From contig MU005965.1 of NCBI GenBank assembly GCA_010093745.1, forward strand, positions 310,001 to 374,000: a stretch of 64,000 nt of DNA, in the 5' to 3' direction. Both the position numbers and the translations under genes were made by a program. Shown here one piece after another: positions 10,269-22,444 of this stretch (the first letter of the stretch is position 1; every line of letters begins with the position of its first letter). The notes under the pieces were generated by a model that did not search any database, was not told the DNA's origin, and saw only the letters and a program-made list of their open reading frames with translations. Origin of the DNA: Piedraia hortae CBS 480.64. Lineage: Eukaryota.

Positions 10269-11267
10269 TCACCTTCCCGAAATCAGCAACTCTTTCAGAT
10301 CCAAAACTCTCAACCCAGCCATATCCTTCAAAAACTCACCCAAATCCCCCTCTGTAGCCTTCATCCCAACTTCGGGACTGATTTCAAGGGTGCGTAAATT
10401 CCTGAGCGAAGAGAGGTCCAAAAGATCCTGTTGTGAAAGCGTAACTGAAGCCTTGAAATGCACACTCAAACCCTCGAGCTTTTCAAGTTCAGCAAAGGAA
10501 TGGAAGATTTTGGAAGAAGAATCTAAGAGGTGGACGGTTAATGTTTTGAGGTTGGTAGCGACTCGGGGCAGAATCACTGCTTCTTTGGAGGTGAGTGATA
10601 TTTCTAGGGTTGAGAGGTTGCGGAAGCAAGGTTCACCCTGGATGAGGAGGTGTTCGAGAGTGCTGTGGGTAAAGTTTGCACAGAGTTTGAGGGATTGGAG
10701 GTCTTCGAGTTGGGAAAGGTAGATGAGGAGTTCGTCCGCGTTGAGAATGCGGTTGTGGAGGATGTCGAGGTTTAGTTCTCTTAGGGGGGTTAGGTGGTTG
10801 AAGAGGGAGATTAGTTGTTCTGTGGTCCAGTTTTGGGTCCATGATGGGGAGGGCCAGCGTACGTTGACGTTTAGGGTGATTGATTTTAGAGACGGGAAGT
10901 GAAAGATTTGTTTGTTGTGGAGATTGATGGGGTGTTGGATTGTGATGTAAAGGTTTGATAGACGGGTAAAGGAGGATGTTGGTAATAGCTCTTGCCAGGT
11001 TTGATGTTTGAGAAAGACGTTTGTATCATCATCGCAGTTGATGTTGAGTTTGGTGATTTTATTGGCGTAATATTGTTGTGATGCGGGAGATAGGGGCTTA
11101 AGGGCTTCGATAGGGATATCTCGCCATAAAATGCTCGCAGCTTCGTCAGACCAGGCTTTGCAGACGTATAGTGCGTTGATTAGGCTATGTAGATCATCGC
11201 GGAGGTTTTGGATTATCTGGAATTGTAGTTCCAGTGGAAGGTAGGGATTGGCTTTGTGTGAATGCAT
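10269..11267 (-). CDS. F-box-like protein with RNI-like leucine-rich repeats
   Basis: 332-aa intronless ORF; LPLELQFQIIQNL...LYVCKAW..EA..ILWRDI followed by repeated L..L.L units (FTRLSNLYI, FPSLKSITL, LRNLRTLEI). Confidence 0.8.
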   Translation of the reverse strand: MHSHKANPYLPLELQFQIIQNLRDDLHSLINALYVCKAWSDEAASILWRDIPIEALKPLSPASQQYYANKITKLNINCDDDTNVFLKHQTWQELLPTSSFTRLSNLYITIQHPINLHNKQIFHFPSLKSITLNVNVRWPSPSWTQNWTTEQLISLFNHLTPLRELNLDILHNRILNADELLIYLSQLEDLQSLKLCANFTHSTLEHLLIQGEPCFRNLSTLEISLTSKEAVILPRVATNLKTLTVHLLDSSSKIFHSFAELEKLEGLSVHFKASVTLSQQDLLDLSSLRNLRTLEISPEVGMKATEGDLGEFLKDMAGLRVLDLKELLISGR

Positions 11268-11920
11268 TACATTGATAGGGTGGGAGGAAATGAGGGTTAA
11301 GGTAGGAAAGGCCGCGTATTAATAGCAATCAAGTTAGAGGCACAGATATGAGCACAAGAAACCAATTATTAACCTCGTGATGGATACGTAAGCAGCCACT
11401 TTGTTCAACACCAACTGGAGGAATATGGAGGGCTGGCCTAAAATAGGCTCGGGACGGTTGTGATCCACACATCCCGAAGCGCAGAGGGTTCAGCCGGTAG
11501 TAGGCTGGCGACGGTTAAGCCGCATGACAGATACGCACGCAACCATGATTTTGGACGATCATCACACCTCCAACAATGGCTATGAGTCACAGTTTCGTAA
11601 GGGTGATACGGATGCATGTGACGGTGCCCTGTTTTGGGTTTGGCGAACCTGCGGGGAGACTGGCGGCCCGAGCGGCCCGCGACAGTAGCGGTGGCGGGTC
11701 ATCCCGTTTGTTTACATCTGTTGACCACAACAACAGGCCGCGCCCAGTCCGCCTAGCCTCTATCGCCGACGGCCTACAGAGTGTCACTATTCTTCCCGGC
11801 AGGGCCATGACGCGCGCCGACCGCGACCTGAGCAACCGTTTTTACGCTTGACCGTTGCCTCCCAAGTGACAGAAAGGAGTCAAGGAGTGACAGACATAAG
11901 ACGCGCGCCGGACGCTGCCC

Positions 11921-14900
11921 ATGGCTTCTTACGGTTCCTACAAATCGCCAACGTCGCCGCCCGGCCGATACAAGGACCATTCACCCACCAAGTCGTCGCC
12001 GCTGCGCCACGCGCTCTCAACCGTCTCCCACGGAGGTGATGGTACTGTTGCCAGCCGGATGGGCCTAGACGACGCGGGACTGGCACCGGCGGCCCATAAG
12101 AGAGCGCGCAGTGAGAGCCCCGTCAAGAAGAATGCCGTCTTTGCCAAGTGGGAGCAGCGGGAACAGCTAGATTCAACGCCAATGCAGCCTCCCAGCCGCA
12201 GAACACAAGACGACGGATGGCGGAACGACAAAAGAAGCGCGCTGGCGCCTGTTGGCGGGAATCCGCGACTCGACCGTCCTACTGCACCCAAACCGACCAC
12301 GGAACCCGGTAGCCCGACCAAGGAGAATCGCGACCTTGACACCCGTCTTGCGCCGGCACCCTCTGTCAGATTCCACGAGCCTCTTCATGCGGGTCCCGCC
12401 AGCCGCAACAGCCTCGCAACCTTTTCCCGCTCCGACAGCGTCCGCGGACCGCCGAAAGATCGCAGCCATGGCCGCTACGGCTCCATAGACACCACGCCGC
12501 ATCTGGACGGCGAAGACCTGGCCAAGCTGCAGAAATCCTCAACTCCGCAGCTGCGTCACCTCAGCAAATTGGCGTCCGAGCGGGACGAGCTGGGCATCCA
12601 CTCGCGGGACGAACAAGTTGTGGGACTGGCTGGCCGTAAGAAGCTCCAGAGGGCGGATTCAGTACGGCCGTCAGAAAAAGGCGTATCCAAATTCGGCTCG
12701 CAATTTGCCAGCACGAGATGGATGGACATGCAGAGAAAACACCTCCAAGCCTACGAATATCTTTGCCATATCGGTGAGGCGCGGGCGTGGCTGGAAGATG
12801 TCCTAGAGCCCGTCGAGCTTCCACCTATAGTCCAACTCGAAGAAGCTCTGCGAGACGGAGTGACTCTTGCAGAAGTTGTTGTACGTCTCTCACCACGCAT
12901 CCCATCCGAAGACCAGCGAGCGCTGGGGAGTCTGCGAATTTTCCGCAGTCCGCGTCTACAGTATAGACACACGGACAATATCGCTCTCTTTTTCCGCTTT
13001 CTGGCCGCCATCGACCTGCCCGAGCTTTTCCGCTTCGAGACGGTGGATTTATATGAGAAGAAGAATATACCAAAGGTCATCTACTGCATCCATGCTCTCT
13101 CGTGGCTGTTGTACCGCAAGGGTGTTGTGGAGTTCCGTATAGGGAATCTGGTCGGTCAGCTTCAGTTTGAGGAACATGAGCTGGAAGAGACACAAAAGGG
13201 CATCGACCGCAGCGGGGTGGCCATGCCCAATTTCGGCGGCATGAGGGAGGCAATGCAGGTTGAACCAGAGCCGGAGCCGACGCCAGAGGAGATGCTGGCT
13301 TCCCACGAGGAGCTCATCGTTGATCTACAGGCACAAGTGCGTGGAGCGGTGCTGCGGAATCGACTTGGAGATTTGATGCAGAATATGTGGGACCACGAAG
13401 ACAGATTTGTCCATCTCCAGGCCGTTGCTCGCGGTTGGTTCGCTAGAGAAATCTTTGCCTTTAAGTTTGGGATGGATCACTCGACGCGTCAGTTCCAGGC
13501 CGCCGCCAAGTCTTTTCTGGTCCGGGCTTCGCTGAATAGGAAGCAGCATAACTGGCGGAATAACGCTCTGGCTGTTGTGAAGGTGCAGAGTCTCTGGCGT
13601 GGTCGGCAGCAAAGGGCCCAGACGAAGCAGGTCAAGGTTGAGATGTATAGGCAACGTCAAGGCGTCAGACAGCTGCAGTCCATGATCCGGGGTGCCCTCG
13701 CCAGGTGGAGGGCCGGGGACGTCTGGGAAGCCACGCACTCTGATCAGGCTGAGGCCGATGTAGCTGCTCTTCAGGCTCAGATTAGAGGTGCGATGGAGCG
13801 TTTGCGGGTTGGGGCCGTTATGGAGGCTCTGTGGGATCGGGAACCAACGATAGAAATGCTGCAAGCCGCTGCCCGTGGTGTGCAAGTGCGGAAGCGGGCA
13901 AAGGGTCAAAAGGTTGCTGCCAAGGAGGCTGCCGTTCATGTCGTCAAGCTCCAGGCGGCTCTAAGGGGCTTGATCCAGCGAAAGGAGGTGCAAAGACATC
14001 ACGGTCACTTTGAGGTTCACAGTGGAAGTGTTGTACACCTACAAGCAGCGGCGAGGGGACTATTGCAACGACTGCAACAGGCCAGGCTCCAGGGCGCCTT
14101 GCAGGGGCGAGAAAGCAATATCGTCAAGCTGCAGTCTGCCCTCAGAACGCATATGATGAAAAAGGAGGTGGATGTTCAAAAGAAAGAATTGAGCACGACG
14201 TCTGCCAACCTTGCCTCTTTGCAAGCCGTGGCGAGAGCGAGGAATTCAAGACAACGCACTGAGGAACTCCGGCGACAACTTGCCCAGCATGAGTCCTCTG
14301 TTGTGCATCTTCAGGCACTTGGTAGAGCTATGACACAGCGAAGAATAGTCGGTAACCAACTGGTTGATCTCGAAAAGGAGGAATCGCAGATTGCACAGCT
14401 CCAGGCCCTCACGCGAGCCTATATCGAACGCCAGCGTGTCTTCCAGCAGCTGATAGAGCTGGAAAAGGAAGAGGAGGGCATTTGCCAGCTTCAAGCAATT
14501 GCTCGTGCCCGTCTCTTGTGCTCCCAGGTTGGCCTAGACCTTGCCGATCTCGAGTCCTGTGAGGACGAGATTGCAGCGTTGCAGGCTGCGACCAGGGCGT
14601 TTATGGTGCGGTCCCGGTTTGAAGAGAAGCGCCAGTACTTCCGGGAGAACATGCAGAAAGTGGTCAAACTGCAGTCGTTTGTGCGTGCCAAGCAACAGGG
14701 TGAGAGCTACAAATCGCTTGTGGCTGGCAAGAACCCACCGCTTCCTGTGGTTCGAAGACACTTGCACCTGCTGACGGATACTGATCTGGAGTTTGAGAGT
14801 GAGATTGAGGCCGAGCGTCTACGGCGGCAGGTCATGGAAAGCGTTCGACGGAACGAGCTTGTTGAGAGCTATGTCGAAGGTCTTGATGTCAAGATTGCAC

Positions 14901-17263
14901 TACTGGTCAAGAACAAAATCACTCTGGATGAGGTCGTCAAGCATCAAAAGCACTATGGTGGATCTGCTTCTCAATTGTTGAGACAGAAGACCGTGCCGGG
15001 CAGCCACTCCCGTGCAGATTTTGACCTCAAGGCTCTCAATAAGAACAGCAGAAAGCGGCTGTCCAATTACGAGGAGCTGTTTTTGATGTTGCAGACGCAG
15101 CCGCAGTATCTCTCTTGTCTGCTGCATCAGCTGGGATCCCAGGGCATGGCGGAGAAGGACGCAAAGAACTTGGAACGCCTCATCATAACCATGTTTGGCC
15201 ATGTTCAAAAGGCCCGCGAGGAGTACTTCTTCCTCCTGCTTCTAGACACTTGCAACAACCAGCTGGTCGCTCAGTCTCGTGATGTTAGCGACTACATGCG
15301 CAACCAAAGCGGTGCATTTACTGCTAAGCTAGTGCACAACTATGTCCGTCGGCCAATGGTTCGTGCCTATCTCAAGACGCTGATGGGCGGCATGGTCAAG
15401 GAAGGCATCTGCGGGCAAGAGCATCTTGATCTGGAGAGCGATCCTCTGCAGATCTACCGAGCCATTCTGAACAATGAGGAACTTTCCACTGGCCAGACTT
15501 CCCGTCGACCACGGGAGATTCCCCGGGAGGTTGCCATCCGAGAGCCCGATGTGCGAGAGACTTTCCGGCAGCATCTGCAAGATCTGCGTGACATTTGTGA
15601 TGGCTTCTTCCTGAACTTGGAGGAGTGTATTCACCGCATGCCGTTTGGGATGCGTCACCTGATGGCCGAACAGTACCGTGCCTTGACGGAGCAGTTCACC
15701 GATGAAGACCCAGGCTACATGGCCACCTTGGTGGGTCACTGGCTGTGGAAGTCATATCTATTGCCAGCCTTGCGGGAGCCTGAGATGTGGGGAGTTGTTG
15801 ATCGAGGGCTCAGTCCGATCCACAAACGCAATCTAGGACAGGTCATTGCCGTGCTGGGCCAGGTCACCAGTGGACGGCTGTTTGGCAACGAGAACATGTA
15901 CCTCCAGCCTTTGAACAATTGGATCACAGAGTCGATGGAGAAGTGGCATGAATCGCTGTATCAAATGTTTGACATTCCCAGCGCAGAAGAGTACTTTGAC
16001 GCAGACCAGTTCAGCGATCTCTATGCCAGGACGAAGCCGACGCTGTACATCAAGCTGTCTGATATCTTCGCCATCCACTCTCTGGTTGCCGACAACCTGA
16101 ATGCCATAGCACCACAGCGAGATGCACCCATCCGGGCTCTCCTCACCGACCTCGGCACAGTCAAGAGCAACGAGAACGACTTGGGCAACGCATCCAGCGG
16201 CGGAGAAATCACTCTGACTCTCAAGTCGCGGTTTACAGTCCAAGAGGACCCCAGTGCCGAAGCCCGCGCTCTCTTCATGGCCACGAAACGCCTCGTCCTG
16301 CACGTCATCAAAGTACAAACCGGCAACAGCCTTTTAGAAATCCTCTGCCGCCCTATCACCCCGGAGGACGCCGAAAAATGGGTCCAAGTCCTCCGCGAAG
16401 AAGGCGCAGAACGCGACCGCGGCCAACGGCGCCATCACCGCCGCACGACCTCCAACTTCGACCCCCGCGCCTCCATCCGCGGCGCAAAGGCCCAAAGTAT
16501 CTACTCGGAAGCGCAATCCACCCACTCCGAAGACCGCCGCGACCTCCTCGACCTCCAAAGCATGACCTTCGCCGAACTCAAACACTCCGCCCTAGAAAAC
16601 ATTGTCGCCCTCGAGAAACCCAACATACCTCCTCAATACCGCGTCAGCCGCCACAACAACTATCAAGACATCCTCAATGCCCTTGCAGCGGACATCCGCC
16701 AGAAACATCGACGACGCATGGAACGCCAACAGGACATCGAAGCCACCCGTGCCACCCTCGCGCAACTAGACACAAAAGCCACCTACCTCGAAGAACAACT
16801 CCAAAGCTACAACGATTACATCGAACAATGCCTCCACACCCTAGCAAGCAAAAAGGGGAATAAACACAAATTCATGCTCCCCTTTACAAAACAATGGTCA
16901 CACCAACGAGAACTCGAACGAGCGGGCCGTCAGCCCAAGTTCGGGTCGTACAAGTACTCTGCTCGACAGCTAGCGGATAAAGGCGTCCTCCTCTCATGGG
17001 AGGGGTTCAGTCCCGAGCACTGGGGCCACTTGAATGTTGTGATTTCGTCGGATGAGGTCGGCGTGTTCCATCTAGAGGCATCGAGTGGGAGTATGATGCT
17101 CCCTGGCGCGAGCGCGCATTTGTTGTTGGATGAGCTCCTGCAGGCGCAGTTTGATAACCTCCCGTCGGTGGCGGTGTTTGGGGAGATGAGTGGGGGTGGT
17201 GCAAAGCTGAATGTTAATCTCCTGTTGCATTTGGTTTTTAAGAAGTTTTATAGGGATGAGTAG
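11921..17263 (+). CDS. IQG1: IQGAP (Iqg1/Rng2/SepG orthologue): CH domain, IQ repeats, RasGAP-like and RasGAP_C domains
   Basis: 1780-aa intronless ORF; AYEYLCHIGEA..W, DLYEKKNIPKVIYCIHALS, many LQAxxRG IQ motifs, C-terminal LNVNLLLHLVFKKFY. Confidence 0.96.
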   Translation: MASYGSYKSPTSPPGRYKDHSPTKSSPLRHALSTVSHGGDGTVASRMGLDDAGLAPAAHKRARSESPVKKNAVFAKWEQREQLDSTPMQPPSRRTQDDGWRNDKRSALAPVGGNPRLDRPTAPKPTTEPGSPTKENRDLDTRLAPAPSVRFHEPLHAGPASRNSLATFSRSDSVRGPPKDRSHGRYGSIDTTPHLDGEDLAKLQKSSTPQLRHLSKLASERDELGIHSRDEQVVGLAGRKKLQRADSVRPSEKGVSKFGSQFASTRWMDMQRKHLQAYEYLCHIGEARAWLEDVLEPVELPPIVQLEEALRDGVTLAEVVVRLSPRIPSEDQRALGSLRIFRSPRLQYRHTDNIALFFRFLAAIDLPELFRFETVDLYEKKNIPKVIYCIHALSWLLYRKGVVEFRIGNLVGQLQFEEHELEETQKGIDRSGVAMPNFGGMREAMQVEPEPEPTPEEMLASHEELIVDLQAQVRGAVLRNRLGDLMQNMWDHEDRFVHLQAVARGWFAREIFAFKFGMDHSTRQFQAAAKSFLVRASLNRKQHNWRNNALAVVKVQSLWRGRQQRAQTKQVKVEMYRQRQGVRQLQSMIRGALARWRAGDVWEATHSDQAEADVAALQAQIRGAMERLRVGAVMEALWDREPTIEMLQAAARGVQVRKRAKGQKVAAKEAAVHVVKLQAALRGLIQRKEVQRHHGHFEVHSGSVVHLQAAARGLLQRLQQARLQGALQGRESNIVKLQSALRTHMMKKEVDVQKKELSTTSANLASLQAVARARNSRQRTEELRRQLAQHESSVVHLQALGRAMTQRRIVGNQLVDLEKEESQIAQLQALTRAYIERQRVFQQLIELEKEEEGICQLQAIARARLLCSQVGLDLADLESCEDEIAALQAATRAFMVRSRFEEKRQYFRENMQKVVKLQSFVRAKQQGESYKSLVAGKNPPLPVVRRHLHLLTDTDLEFESEIEAERLRRQVMESVRRNELVESYVEGLDVKIALLVKNKITLDEVVKHQKHYGGSASQLLRQKTVPGSHSRADFDLKALNKNSRKRLSNYEELFLMLQTQPQYLSCLLHQLGSQGMAEKDAKNLERLIITMFGHVQKAREEYFFLLLLDTCNNQLVAQSRDVSDYMRNQSGAFTAKLVHNYVRRPMVRAYLKTLMGGMVKEGICGQEHLDLESDPLQIYRAILNNEELSTGQTSRRPREIPREVAIREPDVRETFRQHLQDLRDICDGFFLNLEECIHRMPFGMRHLMAEQYRALTEQFTDEDPGYMATLVGHWLWKSYLLPALREPEMWGVVDRGLSPIHKRNLGQVIAVLGQVTSGRLFGNENMYLQPLNNWITESMEKWHESLYQMFDIPSAEEYFDADQFSDLYARTKPTLYIKLSDIFAIHSLVADNLNAIAPQRDAPIRALLTDLGTVKSNENDLGNASSGGEITLTLKSRFTVQEDPSAEARALFMATKRLVLHVIKVQTGNSLLEILCRPITPEDAEKWVQVLREEGAERDRGQRRHHRRTTSNFDPRASIRGAKAQSIYSEAQSTHSEDRRDLLDLQSMTFAELKHSALENIVALEKPNIPPQYRVSRHNNYQDILNALAADIRQKHRRRMERQQDIEATRATLAQLDTKATYLEEQLQSYNDYIEQCLHTLASKKGNKHKFMLPFTKQWSHQRELERAGRQPKFGSYKYSARQLADKGVLLSWEGFSPEHWGHLNVVISSDEVGVFHLEASSGSMMLPGASAHLLLDELLQAQFDNLPSVAVFGEMSGGGAKLNVNLLLHLVFKKFYRDE

Positions 17264-18555
17264 GGATGCCCTGAAGGGAGTTTATGATTATGCGCTTGTT
17301 TTATGTTTAGTCTTACCTAGAAGTTTAAACACGTGATGAGGATTTGATATGGACTTGGGGCGGGCGTGAATGTGTATTGAAGTGCTGTCATGATGTGATA
17401 CCGTACTCAGTCTAGTCAAAGAGTTCATTGCTAGCGTGCCTAAATGAGTCTAGTTCCGTACGGTATGATACGCCGTGTCTTTGCCAGGAGCGTCAGGAAC
17501 CCTCTGATACAATGACCGACTAGGTATAGTTGGGGATAAGGTTTACATGTCCCTTGTTTTTCCTTGACAGAATCCCAGGGTAAAGTGGAGAATTTTATTT
17601 GACTAAAGTATATCAATGGGATGCATCTAGGGATCAGCAATATACGTCAAATTTACAGTTCACGTGATGAGACATGTAAATTATCCGTGAAGTTTCTGCT
17701 AACCATCCGTAAATTTACTGATTTGGCAAGAGAGCGCTGGTGAGGGCGTGAAGCCTTGTGTGACTAGTGACTGGCATGGACTGACCTCACCTCTGTTGAG
17801 ACTTGCTTACGGTAGTCATTATCAGACGTTGCCGGGCCGTGATAAGCTCGAAATTGGCGGTGATGAAATTTTGAATCGCAAACTTCATGGTGGTACTCCA
17901 AATTGTATCTAAAGTTGACGATAAACTTTGGAGATAGGAGCAGATCTTCTCTGGTGAACAATGCTCACAATTGCCATGATCGAACATCTATGAGGCTTGA
18001 TGAGATGCATGTCGTCGGTGCGCGAACGAGACGCGCAAACTCCATTGTACTATGCCAGACTTCGTTCACTAGTCCCGTCAAGTCTGGGAAAGAGGGTCCA
18101 TACTCTTCGTTTGATGCATGGCAATCTTCGTTAAACAGAGTTAATAGTATCAAACAGAGTAGATAGTCGCGAACTTGAGCCCAAGATAATGGGTAAATTA
18201 ACGCCTCTCTCCTCCTGCAGATCTCCCATATTACCCTTGCTCCGCTATGCTTCCGTCCAACTCTTGACGCACACACCTCACATTAAATTCTCTGACTTTA
18301 AAAATCATGTGAACGTACATACAGAGGCCTGTTGTACAATAACTTGGATGTCCCAAACGTGCCACACCCCACGGCGACCTGCAAAATTTGCCCGAATCCA
18401 TTAACAAACAACAACAGAAAGCGAATGATGGCCCATACGTTGATTCAAGTGTGCGCCAAATTTTCCAACGGACGTACGCCAAGGAGTATGAATCGAAGAA
18501 ATGAACGCCACGACGGCGTTTGGCGAAGCAGCCGACTTTCCATTGGAACCAAATG

Positions 18556-18860
18556 TGTCGGAGGGGTGAACCTCCGAGGACTAAAGGGGAGCGGATATCG
18601 ACGACAAAAGCTTTCACTCAACTTTGACTCAAAAAGTGAAATGTAGATGTCTCTTTCTATATGAGGTGAGGTTCAAAACCTTCCCTACACTACCTCAGTC
18701 AACCGCATTTGCCAGGACAACGTCAGCGAACCATGCCCTTAAGCATGAACGAGACAATAACCCGTCTCAGGGAAAACTTCCTCTATGGAGGTAAGAACCC
18801 TGAGAAGTTTCGACTTCTATCTATAGTTCTAGTCATTGTGGGTCCTACATCCTTCTGACA
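18556..18860. mobile_element. Solo LTR, family A (copy 2)
   Basis: 305 bp, TGTCGG...CTGACA; highly similar to copies 1 and 3. Flanks AAATG/AGGAC differ, so no TSD. Confidence 0.85.
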
Positions 18861-19532
18861 AGGACAAGGAAATGTTTGAGAAGCACAGTCACTCAGCTGA
18901 GATACGGACACCAACTTAGCATGCTTGGTCTTGCTCATTTTGGTAAGCCTTACTTCCGCGACCAGTGGAATTCCCTGCAACGTCTCGGCTGAAGTTTTCT
19001 GCACTGTTTGCACGCCTTTGCACGACTCATTACCGCGAAAAACAATACATAAAATCATCGTACACAGTCAAGATCGGTTCATCTGAAAGTGTTTGATCAG
19101 AAATTCTAGATGGTACGCTGTTTTTAATCAAAGATATGGTTTTTCGTAGTCAGTTTCACGGCAAACATAGTGAACGCACTATGGCGGGAATTGCGTCAGT
19201 GGAGCACGAAAGAACGATCCCACATACGAAGTTTTACAACGGCCTTGGACCTTGGCGTATCGACCTCCCTTACACTTTGCTTCATGCAAGCACAAGTACT
19301 GTACGTCAGTGGCTGCTATATCCAAATTTTGACTGAAGTTTTTCAATCACGTGATAATTCAGGGTATAAATTTGAGAGAATACGTAGGCAATTGATTTAT
19401 CCAGCCATAAAACACGCAGGCTGTGTTTGGTCGACGTTATACCTCTCCGGTTATTCTAAGGTTTAAGCGTTCGTCTTTTGGAAGAGAGCCTCGTACGACT
19501 ATGTTTTGTGGAAAAAAAAATGATGACTAGAT

Positions 19533-19753
19533 TGTTACGGCGAGGCTGTGTGTGCGCGGGACGACCCGCGCTGCCTAAGCGCACAGGGAATTTGATACAC
19601 CGACGCACCCTGCTAGTTATTCATAGCTACGTTCACTACCACGCGTGTATGGACGGCGCTTCTGGATTGGTTTATAGTCTCCTAGCTTCCCAGTAGATAG
19701 CAGTTCGGACTGTCCTCGTTGTTGGGACTTATTGAACCTTGGGCACCGTAACA
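19533..19753. mobile_element. Solo LTR, family B
   Basis: 221 bp with perfect 8-bp terminal inverted repeat TGTTACGG...CCGTAACA; internal match to 7410-7562; flanks TAGAT/TTGAC match at only 3 of 5 positions. Confidence 0.75.
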
Positions 19754-20554
19754 TTGACTACCTCGCAAATAATTCGTTGTTTGGAGCGGTGTGCTCAGGA
19801 GACATGAAGTACCCCCTTATGTTCAAGTAGAATGTAGCTAGAAGTATAAATGCCTCCCTGCTGGTCGAAATAGTTATCATCGATTTCCAGACCACCTTCA
19901 CACTTCAAACAAAAGAATAATGGAGAAGGGTAAAGTGGAGAAAACAATTTAAAAAAAAAATGAGTGCGACAGAGCGCACTCTCAGTGAGATTTCTGCAAC
20001 CCAACCCCCACAGATAACTCCATCTCTCCTACCCTCCGGGTGCTAATCACCCCTGCGCCCTCCGCATCCTACGCTCATAAAACCCCAACAAAGCTCTCAG
20101 ATCGACTAGACAAATCATGCCTGCCCTATCCCCAGGCCAAATCGTTATGAGTGCCCAACTATCGCCACTCACCAATACCCTGTCCTGAGAATGCAACCGA
20201 AACCTTGAACTAACGAGAAAGACGATCTCCTTCGGTGTGAGATAGTGCCACCAACACTGCTGACTTCGGATGAGAAGTCGTTGGTCTTCTAGCATTTGTT
20301 AGGCAAGGCGTAGGCGTTCTTGGAGATGACGATAGATGCGTGGTGGCTGAGGGCGCAAGGTCCCGTAGTTGTTGCATGTCCAAAGGACGCCACTCATTCG
20401 AGGAGCCGGCGGATGGATGGGCAGAAGGGCGCGACGGGCGCGGACGGCCGCGACGCGGTCACGGAAAGGGTCCGGAAAGCGGAGGGTGGGTCTGCTTTGG
20501 CCGGGAGGTGGGTGTTGAGGTGCCTCTGGCGCCGCTGGCGCCAGTGGTATCATG

Positions 20555-20555
20555 G

Positions 20556-20650
<95 letters not shown>

Positions 20651-20661
20651 GNNNNNNNNNN

Positions 20662-20755
<94 letters not shown>
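20555..20755. repeat. (GTT)n/(AAC)n microsatellite spanning a 10-N assembly gap at 20652-20661
   Basis: About 32 perfect units before the gap and about 31 after it. Confidence 0.98.
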
Positions 20756-21255
20756 GCTGTCCGGCATAATTAGGATAATTCGGTGTTGAATAGCGAGTTT
20801 GTCGATGTGTGTGGAGCTTTAGGAGGGTTGGTGTGTGTTTGTAAGGAAGAGAGGAACTTGTGTGGGATCTCTGAGCGGGATTGAGATAGTGCGTCTGTCC
20901 GGTGCGTTCCGCACTAGTGAGGGTACGTGGACGCGTGGATCGAAAAACGGTTAGGAATGTTTGTGAAAGCCATGAGAATCACGTCTGTGCAGTTACAAAA
21001 AAATCTGTTGTTTATTAACGACGCTTTACATTAGATGTTGGAGGCATTCATTGCTGACTGAGCCGCCCATTCTACGTCTGTTGACCCAAGGCGAAATAGT
21101 CATCGACTTCAAGCGGGGGGAAGTGCAGTCCTTCATCAGATGTGCCCAACAACGGACGTAAACCAATAGTCTCTACATGAAAGGGGCATCGTTCTGGCGG
21201 TGGGAGTCCACAAACCTCATATTACAGTCATGAGCACAATTTGTATGTAGCTAGT

Positions 21256-21888
21256 CTATCGACCATCGTCCAGCCCATAACTACATTTCTTTTTCTCTCC
21301 CTGAACCCATTCCCTCCAGCGTCCATAGCCCTTCCACTTCCTGTCGTTGCCCGCAGCATCCTGCACCGTTGACTCGTCGACCTGTGCGGTCCACATGGCC
21401 TTGTCATTAGCTTCAATAACGTCCTGAGCCTCCTCTTCTGTGAGACGAATAGCATTCGCCTTCGCCGAACCGGGGCCAGAGAAAATATTTTTCAGCTTGT
21501 CTTTTTCCGCGACACGCAATTTGACGACCTTAGATTTGCCGTCACGGTTGCCCTTAATTGACATTTTCATGCGTCCACGGCCTGATGTCCCATCGACCTT
21601 AGCTTTCTTGGCATTGTCGTTCCCCTCATCCTCTGTCTCCTCGTCGTCGGCTTCCCCAAAACTCTCTGATTCCTCACGACCGCCCAACGAAGACTTTTTG
21701 AAGGCCCCACGTTCGGCTGTGTCAATAGCAATGTCCTTCCCTTCGGTCGGGCGCGGTTCCTGCCCAACGGCAGGGCGTGCGGGAGATCTGGCCTGCGGAC
21801 TTTCATTGCTGTCGACAAGGCGCTCGAACTCGGGGTCAGAAAAACTCTCGTCGGAGGGGACCTCCACGTAGAAATACTTGTTTGACAT
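21256..21888 (-). CDS. Orphan charged protein with C-terminal Trp-rich 'GRWR' domain (family member 1)
   Basis: 210 aa from ATG 21888. C-terminus LTEEEAQDVIEANDKAMWTAQ...DAAG..RKWKGYGRWREW aligns with 57540-58100. Confidence 0.65.
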   Translation of the reverse strand: MSNKYFYVEVPSDESFSDPEFERLVDSNESPQARSPARPAVGQEPRPTEGKDIAIDTAERGAFKKSSLGGREESESFGEADDEETEDEGNDNAKKAKVDGTSGRGRMKMSIKGNRDGKSKVVKLRVAEKDKLKNIFSGPGSAKANAIRLTEEEAQDVIEANDKAMWTAQVDESTVQDAAGNDRKWKGYGRWREWVQGEKKKCSYGLDDGR

Positions 21889-22444
21889 GGTTCTAGTCGT
21901 CACCTGACAATGAAAATGATGCTGTGTTTGCAGTGACGCGCTTCTCTGTTACGTTACAGGGGTGATCGAGGACATTCACGTTAAAAAAAAGAGCAGGGGT
22001 AGGTGCCACGAGGATTGAAGATTTACCGCGTCTAGTAAGTTACCACGTTCAGGTTTTAGGTTGTGCTCTTATATACCATGGGTACACGTTTTCAACTCTA
22101 TCAATTTGGCCTGGGCCAGGATCGATAATACAGTCCGACTTATATATAGTTGACGCTGGATACAGCAGTTTTCTCTTCATAGCGGACTGCCAACACCCCT
22201 AGCCACTCACCAGTAGACACCAAAGGGCACGTGAGCGTGCTAGTCCAGGATCCATAAAGGTACACCAACCTTCCAACACACCATCTCCATAGGGATATCT
22301 TCATTGACCTGCTCTATGTCACCCCGTCGATCGGGGAGTGCTTCAGTCATACCCTTGGTAGAAGCACATTTACAGTGATGCGGCCTCAGAAGCAACGCAC
22401 AGACACGAACTGCGAGAAAAACCATCGGTGAGGGAAGAACAACC

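Noticed and set aside
7105..18860. Inverted LTR-A copies as ends of a composite element carrying IQG1
   Set aside because: Outer flanks (ATATC/AGGAC) do not form a TSD, and a third copy with its own TSD shows these are solo LTRs.
20320..20789. Poly-Cys, poly-Leu, poly-Val and poly-Asn ORFs
   Set aside because: Translation artefacts of the (GTT)n microsatellite across an N gap.
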